Under the pieces are notes generated by a model. That model saw only the letters and a program-made list of their open reading frames with translations. It had not been told where the DNA came from and made no database searches. From Ostrea edulis (Eukaryota), in contig NC_079165.1 in assembly GCF_947568905.1 (NCBI RefSeq), forward strand, positions 14,818,001 to 14,882,000: DNA of 64,000 bases, written 5' to 3'. This document shows, one piece after another, positions 26,901 to 41,900 of the stretch. Position 1 is the first letter of the stretch, and each line of letters starts with the position of its first letter. The position numbers and the translations under genes were made by a program.

Positions 26901-29900
26901 ATCTTTAACTAAAGAAATGGACTTGATTCGTGGCTCTTGAGACAATAGAAAGCTGTAGCGATTCGGTTACTTCCTACAGGAGAGAAGCTAACATTGAACA
27001 GTCTCCTGTTTTACAATGCCTGGTCATCTGCACGACCTCGGGTCGATGATGCCGCCATGTCTCACTAATACCTATTTCATTTACCCCTTATATAATCAAT
27101 TACTCTACACGCATATTCAACTTATCATTTAAGATAACAGACAATATAACGATTAATTTGCTTCGTGTAGGACAAACTAGTATAGAATTTATTTTGCTAC
27201 GTAAGAGTCGTTCGAGTTTAGTACCGGACTAAGCTTGTGAGTGACGATACTGTAACGTCCTGTGGCACATGGACTCGTTCATGCCGCGTTATTACCACGG
27301 CGTAATCAGCATATAGCGCCCATCTCATGCCTGGGGAAGCATATTTGTAGAAAACATAATCAATTTCTACACTGACTGTGGTACGATTACCGCCAATCAG
27401 TAGTGATGTGTCATGTCAGCTCTCTGTGAATTTCATTATTTGAAAACTTTGCTCAACAGTAATTTTCATTGAGTGTTGGGAGCGGTAGTATATATATGGA
27501 TATGGATAATGGAAGTTATGTACAATGCTATTTTGAAATTGAAAACTTTCAAATTTACCTTATTTAGATGAAGAAGAAAAAAGCAGTTTTAGTAGAAAGT
27601 AATCTGAAAAAATACTTGGTATCAAAATCCCTGCTAGACTTGAACCCGCGAATTACAGATCAGCAGACGACACGTTAAACTACTGAGCTACCCAGCTAAG
27701 CAATTAGATTAAATGGAATATACATGTATTGCTGATATCTATATTTTCAGTCACGTTTCAAAAGGAAGTCCGCCATTATGACGATGCATATTTAACGCCA
27801 CATTTCAAAGAAAACAGATCATTCGCAGCCGCTCCATTTCTGAACTCCTCGACATAGCCATGGGCAGGGTTGTAAAACTTATATACCCTACATGCATTAC
27901 ATTCACATAAACTATGAAATGATCCCCTTAGAAATTAAGATTTGAAGTCTTAGTTTTACATGCATAAAGATTTTTTTAAAATTTCCAAGATTTGGAAATG
28001 AAGTAAGATTCTAATAAGCTTTTCAACTCATCCTCGCAAGATGCTAAAACTGTGCAAGTACTGTGTAAGTGTTCGATACTTATTTTCCTGTCTCAAAAAT
28101 ATAATTTACATCTTTTTATGCATGGATTTCCTTTTCAATCAAAAAGATATTTTGATTTTTGTAATGTATAATAGTGGAAACATGGGACTGATTTAAATAC
28201 TGCACATGCGATGATTCGGTTGATACTTTTCTAAACGCCCATTCTTCAAAAAATGTTCACATGAATTGAACCCAAATTTTGCAAGAAATTATAGTTTCTG
28301 ACCAATGATATTGTAATTAAACTCTGATCTATAATCTCTGCTTTATCAGTTCCACTTAAAATCAGGCAAGGCTTATGTGCAATTCTTAAAAGTGGCAATG
28401 TTTATTTAAATGATATTTATTTAATGAATCAAGAAATGAAAATACTACAGAACCCAGGATAAACTCTCTTTGATATACACAGCGCTTCTGACATTTTCTT
28501 TAGAATTGTTTTTTCATCTCCTTGATATGAAGAGGTCTTGTATGATTTTGGCAATAGGTTTGAATACTTTTTATAGGTTAGTTCAGTGGTAAGATCACTT
28601 ATCTACATGTAGTAATGTAAGAGTCCCGGGTTCTTATAGGTTAGTTCAGTGGTTAGATCACTTATCTACATGTAGTAATGCAAGAGTCCCGGGTTCAATC
28701 TCTGATTGATTCAAAGATTTTTCTCTCCTTCTTTGCTACATCAAGTTAGTAATGGTCATATATACAACTTTATGTAATACACATAAAAGCTGACTTTACA
28801 TTTTTACATGCAACAACTAGGAACTATCAAAATATGCGAACTCTAAAACAGACCTGCTAATATACCACAAGTTGTGTTTTTTGGATGGTTTATTTTTATT
28901 TTTTATTTTTTTTTTGGTTGCTGGTTTTTTTTTTTTTTTTTTTGGTCTTGTTTTTTGTTGTTGTTGTTGTAAAAACAAGATAGGAAACAAGTGAATGTCA
29001 AATAAATTATAGAGTATTGAGAAACATCAGGTATAACCTGACTGATTCACGATTTTCCCCAAAATCTTGTTTTTCACTTTTAATGATCAAAATCTACTGT
29101 CAAATGTGTTTAAAAGGTTTCACAAAAAAATTAAGGTTATACATTATCACAGAAGCTCATTTTAGAGAGTTTATTATTTGTTTTGTAAACAAAGATTGCG
29201 ATATGTTATTGTTTACGAAATTTTCAAAAGAAATGGATATCAATCTAAGTTATTATATATATCGTATTTCAAGCATTCTTTAGGTAAAATGTGTCATCTA
29301 AAAGTCGAAATTTATGACTATGCAAAATTAAGATGCTTTATATTACAAAATTAACATCTTAATGGTTTGTTTGTTTACATATAAAGACTCAGTCTTTGTT
29401 TACATAACACAGGGTTAAGGTTAAAATATAGCTTTTATTCTTCCATTCAGAAGGTTAAAATTTTGGCTGTCAACATTAAATGAGTTATACATATTTTTAA
29501 TGTTTAACATAAAAAAATGAAATTTTTTTTTCTTCAAAAATTGTGAATCAGTCCCTTTAATTAAAAGAAGAGGAAATTCTTTTACTTAATCAAAGTACTG
29601 ACATGCACAAAAACAAGGAAATACTACTTGTGTATCAAAACAGAGCTTCATTATGTATCTATACAGGGCTCTAGTTCTATTTTTGTACCTATGCAGGATT
29701 CTTTCTATGCAAGATTCTGTACATCCCTTTATGCATTTAAATGTAGGGTGATATCTCACTTTATCCTGTTACCGGAGTATGAAGTTCCACAACATGGAAT
29801 TCGCAGTTGCTGAAACTTTTTACTGATTTCTTGGTATGACATAATTTATTAGGATTGAATAACTCTGAGCTATTTGATTGGCTCAGATCCAACAATCTAG

Positions 29901-32900
29901 AAGAATAGACTGTGATGTTCATCTTCACATACCTTGAGGTGAATATAACATTTGATATTTCCTACATTCGATAGAAACTTTACTGGAAATTTCCAGACTA
30001 ATTTGATTATTTAGTATTTCTTGGTCTTCCAATGAAAACTTGCATCACTACACCCTGTAGGTCTGGCACTGTAGATGTAAAAAAAAAAATGCGGCTGATC
30101 AAATATTGTCTTTAGTATCTGGTTTTGATATTTTGAATTATTCAATCCAGTAATAAATAAAACACAGTGACTTTCGTCAATTTTCAACTAGGTCTTGCAC
30201 TCTCACTGTCAACAAAGATGGCTGACCAGGTGTTCTTTCATAGGCTTTAGTAACAGATTTCAATCTTTTACTGTATACAGGGAAAATCCCCCCCCCCCCC
30301 CCCTATTTTCTTTTCACCCCTTTAACACTTGTTGTCAGTGGGTCAATTTACAATTTAAGACTGGACAAAACAGTTTTCTCTGTAATCTCTCTTTCAATAT
30401 AAGTTTAAAACAGGACAAAACATCTGCAAGTGTAGAAGGGCGAAAATGACACGGGCATATATAACCCCGTATGTAGTCAATTATCCAATCATGATAAAAC
30501 AATTATTGACATTTTCTTGCTCAATACCATGTTTTAGTTAACCTAAAAGTACAATATTTCCCTCATTCTTCAGTGTTTGTGAATATTGTACTTCTTGGGT
30601 GGCTAGAACATGGTATTGACCTTATATATGCCAATCATTGTTTAATACTAACCGAATAAACAATTTCCATTTGCAGACTACAAACCCTTACAGCTACAGC
30701 ATGCCAACCAATAAACTGAAGTGTTCAAGTCTAAGGTGTTGTTTCCAAAGCTTTGTTTCAACATAAGCATTGATTTATGGCGTCATTTATAGTGTATAAT
30801 GTTAAAAAAATTCTAATCACGTTTTAACACAAACTTAATCAAGTATTAACTCTTATAATTCATTCTCGGTTTTGACATCATTCAGAATTTTCAAGACTTT
30901 GTTCACTTTAGGCGACTATGCATAACAAAAGTTTCAATAGAATCTGTTGTCTGTGATTGATATGCTCTCATTTTAATCACCTTTTTGTGTTTAATTGAAA
31001 AAATTTCATTAGTCTAGAGTGCGATTTTATTACACAAAAAGAGAGAATTAGGCCAAATTTATCCATAACGCAATCTATATGCTTGCACTTCATACTGGAT
31101 TCTTTCCAACAGTTAAAATGCTCTAAAGTAAACTCAAATATCCATCTCCAATATTCAGATTAATATTTCATATTGTGCCAATGACATCAATTGTGGTGTT
31201 GTAATCTTGTCATTAATCCATAAGCTTATCATAAACGACAGGTATTAATCACTGAAACTTAAGCATCAGCTGCCAAATCAAGGAATAAATATCTGATCGA
31301 ATTACGTAAGTTATGATGTTTAGGAATACCCAGATCACATGAGAACCAGTCTGATTATTGATTCGTTAATAATCTATTAATCACATTTGTCTGAAGCAAT
31401 CCGCTTCTGATGTTCTATTCTAAGAAGATGCATGTCATAAATATATTTATCTTATCCCTTACTGCTAAATTAGCCTACACGACAGACGTGATGTCCACAT
31501 AAACCTCAAGTTTGAAAGTCATCAATTCAGCTCTTACATGCTACCCACTGCTGAGCTGCAAGCTAAAGCAAACACAACAAATGACAAGGTAATTTGATAA
31601 AGATACATTATCAAATTAATGGCTTCTAAATCAGTGTTTAAAAAACAAAACATCAATGACAATTTCATTCTTCAAGTTTGACACTTTGTGTGGATGTGTG
31701 TGATGCTGTTGAATGTTGTCATGCTTAAGTGGTTTCAACTAGTCCTCCAGAACAGGAGCTTACATGATTGGCTTGACACTATAGAATTGAGCAAAGAAAA
31801 AATAATCTTGAATTATCTCTCAATGTGTCTATTGGGTGAAGCTTACCTAAATTTGACTATGTTGAGAAAACATTATGTGATTAAAAATTTCTCGTCATCA
31901 CCTCATTTCATCATGTTGATGATAAGGTTGACAGTCTGGCAAGAAACAAAACATGTACAGTGTTGTACAAAAGAAAATGTATCCATAGGAACTAAAATAC
32001 CCAGTTTTAAAATTTTTCTGGACTTCAAAACTTTTCTAATTGTATGAAAATATATTTGTCTTTGTTATGATATAATGACTTTTCTAATCTTCAGAACGCT
32101 AAAAAGGGTACTCTCATTGAACTATTCATAAAAAGGGTTTAATGTGTACCTGAGCCAATCTCATACATACTCGTACAAAAGATCTCAAATAGTCTTATCC
32201 AATGAACTTTTCCTAGCTCATAACCAAGCTAGATTTCGATGTACAGGTACTAAAAAAACAATTTTAGAAAATTCATGTTGACATAATTTCTGGAAATAAC
32301 CATGTCAATCAAACCAATTCATATTGAAAGCTATGTCTTCTATAAGTCCATGTTGAAACCATATAACTTGATGAAATGAGAGATTTGTAGAATGAGAAGA
32401 CCATGCAAAGAGAATATCAAATCCACATGTTGTGCATCATCCTACACAATCACCTTGTTTCATTTTTTTTTTTACAATGTAGGAAAATAATTAATTATAA
32501 AATATCCAGATTCCCCTCTCCCCTATTACATGTAATATATCAATATATGTGAATATAAATCTGACAGAAAGTTCTGACCCCCCTTTCCCCTACTACATGT
32601 AATATACAATATGTGTAATATAAATCTGACATTCCCCTCTCCACTAATTACATTATAGGTAAATATAAATCTGACAGGAAGTTCCGTACCTGCTTGATGT
32701 CTGTAGGACGGAATATCCCTCCTCCATATCTTCCAATAATGGAATCTGCACCAAAATCACTGACAGAAAAAAAGTCAAAGCTTTACAGAGTGTAAAATTT
32801 AACGGTCTTTCAAAAGTTTTCAAGTATGTCAAGACGAAATACCCATTGTCTTACAGAGTACTGTTAAATAGGTCAATGAAGCTACTAATGGATTAATGTA

Positions 32901-35900
32901 CTATATATTCTCGTGCCTATGTAACATTTCATGGGGGGCAAAATAATATATCTATTAATTAGAAGACTGCAGTAATTTCATGGTTGCGCACCAGTTTTAA
33001 TCCTCTGATGTATCTAATTATACAGTGCACAAAAGAACAAAAAAGATAACAGACATATGCAGCTGAATAGGGATATTGCAAAGTCCTATATAATTATCAG
33101 CGTCACCACTAAAAAGGAATTGGAAAGCCCTAGATATCTGCAGAGCTTCATCAAATTGTTTCCTAATTTACCCCTGCAGTCAGCACTAGAAGACCGAGAT
33201 AATGAGCGCCCTGTAATATGTAGCTGATTCAATTACGAGAAAGATCAGGCTGTTATGTCAGCATAAGGTGCTCTGTAATGTCAAAGGGAGGTGACTATGC
33301 AACACCTAATGCAATAAAACGGTGACAGTTTAACATATTACATCACACCAAGTTTAAGTCCTTCATTAACATCTCGGTGACTGTGGGGCATAAAAATGTT
33401 ATTTTGAAAACTAATTGTCTTAAAGTGTCGGCCTTGTAGTACCGCTCACCTTCCCATAATGGAGTCAAAGGAAAGAACAGCATTGTCTCTCTGTAGGGCG
33501 AAGACCAGGGCCGGCCCAGACAGCAGCATGGGAACCTTTAATGACAACAGAAAATAAACTCAATAATTAACTCTCCACAATACATACTAAATTGTCGGTA
33601 GTGTATGGTTACAAAGTATGGTTTCAAGACAAAAAATGTGTTTCAACTTCATTTTCAAAGTTGTGTTCTTTGAAATTAAATGAGTCATTTGATCTAAGTG
33701 TTATTTTCCCCCAATGCATCAAGTAGAAACATTTGTCTTCATGTTGCAGATGGATGCAGCTCTGTAATCAAGAAATGGGAAATTTAATCAAATAATCTTT
33801 TCTACCAATATTCACAGATCAATTTACTCTCAGACATCAATGTAAGTGCTCTTCCTAAACAACAGTTACATTGAATCGGTTTCAAACTGAGACCCCCATG
33901 GGTTCAGATGGTTCATCCTTTTTCAATTGTCAGGCTTAATACTCGCTAACCAAGTATTACTTAAATATGAAAATAAAATGTCCACACAGAATCCAGTTAA
34001 TGTAGAGATTAACGAGGAAATTAATCTGGGGCAAGATGAGAAGCTGAAATACATTTGTGGCAATAATTAAAACTGATTTAAGATGAGAATCCTCCACATG
34101 CCCACCTGTTGGTAACTTCCGGCATTGATGATGTGAAGGAAAACTTCAGCTTGTTCCTGAGTGAACCAAACCATTCGTGCTCCAACTATCTCAAATCTAA
34201 ATAAATACAGAAAACCATACAAGCAAAGAGCTACATTTACAGTATATATTTATTTTTTTTATTTGCAAAATTTAGTATTTGATAATGACATTCATACATA
34301 CATTCACACACATAGTTAGTTATAATAACATAATAAGGTTGACAGTACCAAGTAAAGAGAGGAAAGGCATTAATCAAAAATATTTTTCCATACAGCCCAG
34401 ATTGTACTGAATTTTTTAAAATTACAGTTTTTTGAAAATATACAATGTTCAATTTCATATTTCATCTTAATATATTGTAATACACCCTCAAAAGATGGTG
34501 ATCTGTTTTGTTTGCAACATAAAAATATATATTGCTTGGTATATAAAATTATGAAATTTATTACTTTGTTGGAATTTTGTAATGGACAATCACCAAAAAT
34601 AATATTAAAAACATTGAAACCAATTCTATTTGTTGTTCTCTCATAAATATGTAAGCTTAGTTGGTTCCACAAAGTTCCTATTTTGTCGCAAAACACAAAA
34701 ATATGTTCAATGTTTTCAGAGCTGTGTCCACAAAATGAGCAAATATCATTATCCACAACTTTGATTTTTTTTAAGTAACTTTTAACAGGTATAATTCTAT
34801 GTAGAATTCTGTATTGCAACCATTGTGCTGCTGAATCTGACGTTAATTTAAAACATATTTCAAAAACTTCCTTGGTAATGATATCTCTATAGCCCCTCAA
34901 AAATGGACATGAATTCCATTTAGCAATTGAAGTCGGAATTTCTTCTTTATAAGTAATGTTCTTATATATATAATTTGTGCATTTCTTATGCAATAGTATA
35001 TCTTCATAGTGAAAAGGTGTGGATGGACCATTAACATATTTTCTCAACTCTTTCGACACACATAATTTTTTTGCCATCGTAGAAATAGAATTTATAATAC
35101 TGTTGTATTGCATAAAACAAACATGATCAATATCAAATTTTTTTTCAAATCTATCCATTGTTAGAAAAACACCGTTAGAGTCTACAAAATCATTGACTGT
35201 CTTGACACCTTTTTCATATACACTTTTTTACAAACACATATGATTTGCCAACTTTAACTTTTGAATTGTACCATATTGGAACATTTACAAAATTCATTTG
35301 TGTCCGAGAATTCAATGTCAAGTGTAAACTCATTACCTTCATCCATGAAGTAAAAACATCAGTCCAAAATGGATTAAAAGTATTTTTTAGCAGACAATAT
35401 ATATATTCATCCCCAAAATCTAAGATTTTATTCACCACTCCTTTTCCATAAGAAGCTTCAAAAATGTTCATCCAGGAAGGGTTGCATGTTGATACTTTTT
35501 GAATCCATGAGCACTTTAAAGATATTATGAAATTATTTATATTGGTCATGTTAAGCCCACCCAACATGCATTTTTGAGTAACCATTACTCTTTTAACTTT
35601 ATCACATTTTGCTTTCCATATAAATCTAAAGAGTTCCTGAGTTAATGAGTTTATGATTTCTTGACTGAGATTTGGTAGTGCAGAAAATAGGTGATTAAGT
35701 TTTGGGAGGAGAAGCGTTTTAATGACTGTGACTCTTCCTATGGGTGTTAAAATCCTTCTACTCCACTGCTTTATCATTGCATGAATAGTAGGAATCTGAG
35801 GACTAAAATTTAATTCTACAATTTTTTCTAGATCAACTGAAAAATGTATTCCTAGGAGAGTGAGGCTTGTGGATCCCCAGTCTAGTTTCCATCTTGGGTG

Positions 35901-38900
35901 ATGATAGACATCAGCAGAAAATTTTTTTGCTCCGATCCAAATAATTTTTGTTTTGGAGCTGTTTATTTTTAATCCTGATAGCTTTGAGAAGAATTCTAGG
36001 GTTTCCAAAGCATTAAAAAGTGATTTATCTGAGCCATCAAGGGTCAAAGATGTATCATCCGCGTACTGAGACATTTTATGTTCTTTATCATTGATAACTA
36101 TACCTTTAATATTTTTATTTTGTTTAATCAAAATAGCAAGTACTTCTGCACATAGAATAAATAAGTATGGGGCAATAGGGTCACCCTGACGGCACCCTCT
36201 CTGAATGTCGAATTGTTCAGAGAGCTTTCCACATTGTAGAACTGAGGCTTTGATATTGGTATTTAGAATTTTAACCCAAGTAATTACATTGTTACCGAAA
36301 CCAAAGAAATCTAAGACCTTATATATAAACGACCATGATATTGAGTCAAGTGCCTTCTCAAAATCTATAAGCATAAGCAAGCCTGGTAAATTATGTTTTT
36401 CTGTATATGCCATGAGGTCATATATAAATCTAGTATTTTCCCCTATATATCTACCTTTTATGAAGCCAGTTTGTGTATTAGAAATAATCTAATCTAAAGT
36501 ACTTTTAATTTTTTGGCTAATACAGCCTGATATTAATTTATATAACACATTAAGTAGAGTGATAGGCCGCCAATTCTTAAGGAATTGCCTTGGTTTATCA
36601 CCCTTTGGTAAACAAGAAATGATACCAAGTCTCTGTGAGACTGGTAAATATCCTTGCCTAAAGATTTGATTAATAGCACCAGTAATATAAGCCTTAAGAT
36701 CATTCCAAAAAAATTTAAAAAATTCTGTTGTAAATCCATCACTGCCTGGAGACTTATTGTTTTTCATTTCTTTAAGCACTTGAAAGATTTCACGCTCACC
36801 AATATCTTTTTCTAGATCCATGGAAGTTTTTTGATCAAGTCTAGGTAATTTTGTTAAAGTTAATATATCATTCAGGTCCATATTGATCAAATCAGAGTCG
36901 TAATTCTTATATAGGTTTTCATAAAACTGTTTGATTTCTTTCAGAATATCTGATTGATTATAAATAATCCCATTATCTTGGGTTTCTATTTTTTTAATTG
37001 TCTTATTTAAATAGTTTCTTGCCTCTAGATGACAAAAATATTTTGTGGGTTTTTCCCCTTCTTCAATCCATTTGGCTCTAGAACGCACAAAGTGACCTTT
37101 TAATTTTTCCTTTCTTATATTTTCCAATTGTTTTTGTTTTTCTTCCAATACCCCAAGCTCCTCTGAGTCATTGGTTTCGATTTCATTGATTTCTTCTATC
37201 AAACTGGCTTCTAAAGTATTTCTTTCTCGTTTTTTGTAAGATGAGTAAGAAATTGTCATTCCACGTATTTCCATAAGTAAGGTTTCTAGAAATAAAGCAT
37301 CATCAAGCTCAGAATTCTCATCTTGAGAGTCATGGGAATATTGTGTTTTTACTAATTGAATATGTTGTTTTACCTTTTCAACAAAGACTTTATCATATAA
37401 AAGTAGGTTATTGAACTTCCATAAACCCCGCCCTCTCTCAAATGTGTTAAATCTGAACTCGATGACTACTATTGAATGGTCAGATCTATAACCAGATCTA
37501 ATTGAACAGTCTTCAGTGATATTGGTAAAGTTTTCTGAGATTAAGATATAGTCCAGGCGTGCTTGCTTAAATGGCTTTTATTTCCTCCATGTATACAATT
37601 TATTACATGGTTTGAGAACTCGCATATAGTCTACTAAATGTAAATCATTCATGACCTCAATAAGCATATCCTTTGCCTTGGGATTATTTACATGACAATA
37701 ATTTTGAGTATCCAGAGTTTGATCCAAAGCTATATTAAAATCTCCACACAATAAGAAGTAATCATTATCGAAATCTATAAAACATTCTCGTACTTTTTCA
37801 TAAAACTCTGGACAATCAACATTAGGTCCATATATGTTAACTAATGTTGTTCTATTGTTATTAATACTTAAATCAATTGCTAATAAGTTTCCATTGGAGT
37901 CCTTCTTTTCTTTGTGTAATTCAAGTTCAAAATTATTGTTAAAAAGTATTGCAACACCTCTGGAGTTGGAAGAAAAAGAATTAAAAACACATTTGTATCC
38001 CCATTGTGCTTCTATGCAAGCCTCTATATCACGTGTGAAATGAGTGTCTTGTAAGCATACAATAGAAAATCCTTTTGTTTTATAAAAATTTAAAACATCT
38101 TGCCTTTTGGATGGAGTAGAAAGCCCCTGACAGTTTATAGTAACCACCTTTACAGTATCAACCATAACAATAATTGTAGAAACACATACATACATGCATT
38201 CACACAGTAATGGCCTAATATAACAACAGAAAACATGAGAAGAAAAAAAGTGAAAAAGTAAAATAAAACAGAAATAAACAGGTCAAGAATAACACTCTGC
38301 AATCTGCAGGGAAACACCTGATACTCGTTACCGGAAGTCTATTGGGCGAGTTAAATGTAAGGTTCAGTCCGTAGAAAATCACTAATATAGCCCACTCCAG
38401 CCAAGTTCAGGGTCCCGTCGATCTACACGCTCACTCTCTTTCAAACGCCATCTTGACCCAGTATATATTTTCTAGTTATCTATATCTACACCATAAGTAT
38501 GGGAATGAAGGGCTTATTGAATTAAATCCCATGGTGAAATTCCCGTGCACCATTGTTTCAATCTGGACAATTTGTCTCCTATGTAACCTTAGTAACAAAT
38601 TTACAACAAAGATTTAATCTAGCATACTGTATACAAGATAAATTTGGCCTTTGTTTTATTTTTGCCCTTTTCGCTTTTATCAGAAATTGGTAAATCTAAA
38701 AGCTGGATAAATATAAATTCATTCATTGCATTAAAGTATCAATAAAAATTTATGACTGTGGACCAATTCAAAACTGGGCAATATAATTTTTAAATGCACC
38801 TTGTCAAAATTGGCAAGGGACAAAAATGTCCCTGTATATAGTTCTACACTGTGCATAGGGATATAGGCTTTTGGGACACCAGAACATGACATAATACAGT

Positions 38901-41900
38901 ATGCAAAAAGCCATTATGAAGGTGCACTTCACTTACACCTGACTTCAGCCTGAGGTATGGCGATTTACTCCCAGCTTGCTAGGCAATCAGAATGCATGCA
39001 TGATTCTATTTACATAGGAAACAAGAACATTTAGAAACTGCAAACCTCTGCCAAGTTCCCTAACCTCTCTGTGGAAAATGAAGCAGTCAACCAGCAAAGG
39101 AGTTGTGTGATTAACATAAGCATTCTATCAGATTGAACAGGCTTACTAGCAAGGCAGTTTAAGTTTCCTAAACACTGGCAGACACATCAGATTATTACAC
39201 ATTTTCTTCCAAAATTAAAATCAGCTCTTGCCAGCAAGCAAACCTCTCGTTAGTGAAAATTAGAATTTAGTTATTGTGTCATCTTGTTCACAAATAACGA
39301 CACACAAACATAACCCCCAAAACATAACCTTTTTAACAGAAGTAATAAACATGCATAAATATTCCCTTGATGTTTGTTAGTAGTGTTCAAGTTTGATTGT
39401 GTTGTCTTTATACTCACTCTTGTTTCAAAATTTCCTCCACAATATCGACATACGCATAATGTCCCCGGTCGTGGATCTTCAGGAGTGGTGGTTTCAGAAC
39501 AATGCATGTTGTCTGCAGTAATAACTGGATTTCTAAGGGGGGAAAAGGTAAATTTAGAGTTCTGGGTTATTTTTTTTTTATGTTTGTCATTGCTCACTAT
39601 AAGATACAATGATTTTCTTTTCATGCATGGAGCAACTACAGTCCCTTAAATGATCTACTTTACCATTTTTCCATTTGCTTACCATGCATTCACTGTTTGC
39701 TCACAGTTCGTTTACCGTTTGCTCACTGTGCGTTCACTGTTTGCTCACTGTGTGTTCATTGCTTGCTCACCGTTTGTTTACCGTTTGCTCACTGTGCAAT
39801 CATTGCTTGCTCACTGTTCATTTACCGTTTGCTCACCGTGCATTCACTGTTTGCTCACAGTTCGTTTGCTCACTGTGTGTTCATTGTTTGCTCACCATGC
39901 ATTCACTGTGTGCTCTCCGTACGTTCATCATTCACAAAGCGCTCACCGTGTGTTCAACATTAAGTCTTTGCATTGTCATTCAGAACACCAAAGTGAAAGG
40001 TTTGCTCTCCATAGCAAGACAAAATGAAAAAAGAACATGTGCTTAAGAGTGGAAGGAAACTTTCTTATTATATCAGAAATTTAATTTTGAAGTACAAAAT
40101 TTCTGGATTATCAAATGTGAAAATTCAAGGAAAACTGCAGATCACTCACCAATATCAAACAATAGAATAAATCATTTTATTCTTACAGAACACAACTATT
40201 GTCTGGTTAAAAAGTGGTGGTGGTGGGGGGGGGGGGGGAGTAGTTCTGAATGAAAAGAATATAAGAGCCTGCTGTTATTTATTGAAGGACTAGCACTGGT
40301 ACCTGTTCCAAAAATTTCAGTTTCAGTTAATAAGTACCTCATACCCCTATTTCTGATTATTTTACATCTATATTTATGAGAGACATTGTCAATAAATGTA
40401 TTTACTCCTTTTGCCAAATTTAAAACTTTTGCATCATTTGTCTGTAAATACAAAGATGTACTTTTTCTTGTACATTTTGCCCCACAAATAGATTCTTTAA
40501 ATATTCTACGTGTAGTTATTATTATAACAAAACAGTTTTATCTGCATCAAAAATATACAAATATTGCACTCATTACTTCTGGGATTACTTCTCCAGGTTG
40601 ATATACTTTGCACATGTAGTTGCAATAAAGCAAATTATGCAAAATCTAAGTGGGAATAAACCTTTTATATTATTTAGAAGTGTTCAGGTGTCAACACGGG
40701 GTACCTATACCATATGTGATGTTTATTTAATGCATCTATCTTAATTCCTAGGGTGTTTTTTTTAATTGCATATCTCCCAAACGACCGCGCTCGTAAATTT
40801 TGAAGTCATGCATGTACACCTGTAAATTCTTGATGTCACCATTCACTTTGTGTTCAGTGTTCACTCTGCGTGCGTTCAGTTCGCTCACCATGCGTTCACC
40901 GTTCAAGTGTGAAAGTAGAACGTTTCAGGGACTGTACAAAGAGATGAAGTAATGGACAGGTAACAGTTTACTTAACGTTTCTCTTCACAGGTACCACAGA
41001 TGGAAAGGACTTACAATACACAAAAGGAAAGGATTTACAATACACAGAAGGAAAGGATTTACAATACTCAGAAGGAAAAGATTTACAATACACAAAAGGA
41101 AAGGATTTACAATACACAGAAGGAAAGGATTTACAATACTCAGAAGGAAAAGATTTACAATACACAAAAGGAAAGGATTTACAATACACAGAAGGAAAGG
41201 ATTTACAATACACAAATCTACAATAACTATATTTTCCTTTTATTTTAAACAAAGCTAATACACTCATCTAATTTATTCCAATATTTCACTTCATTATCTG
41301 TAACATATGTTAAATATTACGAGGAGTTTACCAATAGCTGAATGAACTGTATCCCCTCGCATGTCACTGACTTGGACAATTCGTTTGTCCCCAGTGGACG
41401 TGTCCATCAGATCGTCAATGGCTGGACCCGTTATCTGAAACAAGTAGCATCAAAATAAAAATCTGACTCTAGAAACTTCTTTACTCTTTATATCTGAACA
41501 CTGGCATTACAATCAACAAAGAGAATCTGTATTCTAATATCCACATGTAATCTATACATGTGAAAAACAAATTCCCTCACGTGATAGCATGCGATATTGC
41601 CTGCTGATCACTGTGTGAGGTGCACAACTTGAACAGTTTTTGACTACACAAGTTCTATACCACTGCATTAAATTGTTCATTCTGGTATTCAATTTTCATT
41701 TGGAGAATAAGGCTCTCTCACCATTGCATACGTGTTATCATGCAACATTAGAGAGTGTGGTTTCTATGTATGATTTGTCTCTTCAGCCCTATTGAATAGA
41801 TAAAGGTCAGGGTCGTGAGACATCCACTGATCTATAGCTACTTCAATATTAAGAATAAGCTTCCAATTTGTCACCACTAAGAACTTAAATGTTGTCTGCG

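Noticed and set aside
27628-28700. Functional tRNA genes
   Set aside because: Only A/B-box remnants are present, without acceptor or anticodon stems.
38935-38982. Extra DNAAF8 mini-exon
   Set aside because: Weak acceptor and incompatible phase; exons 23 and 24 already join in frame.
39650-41267. ORFs in the GCTCAC repeats and the 24-bp array
   Set aside because: They are periodic translations of repeats within or next to a transposon.
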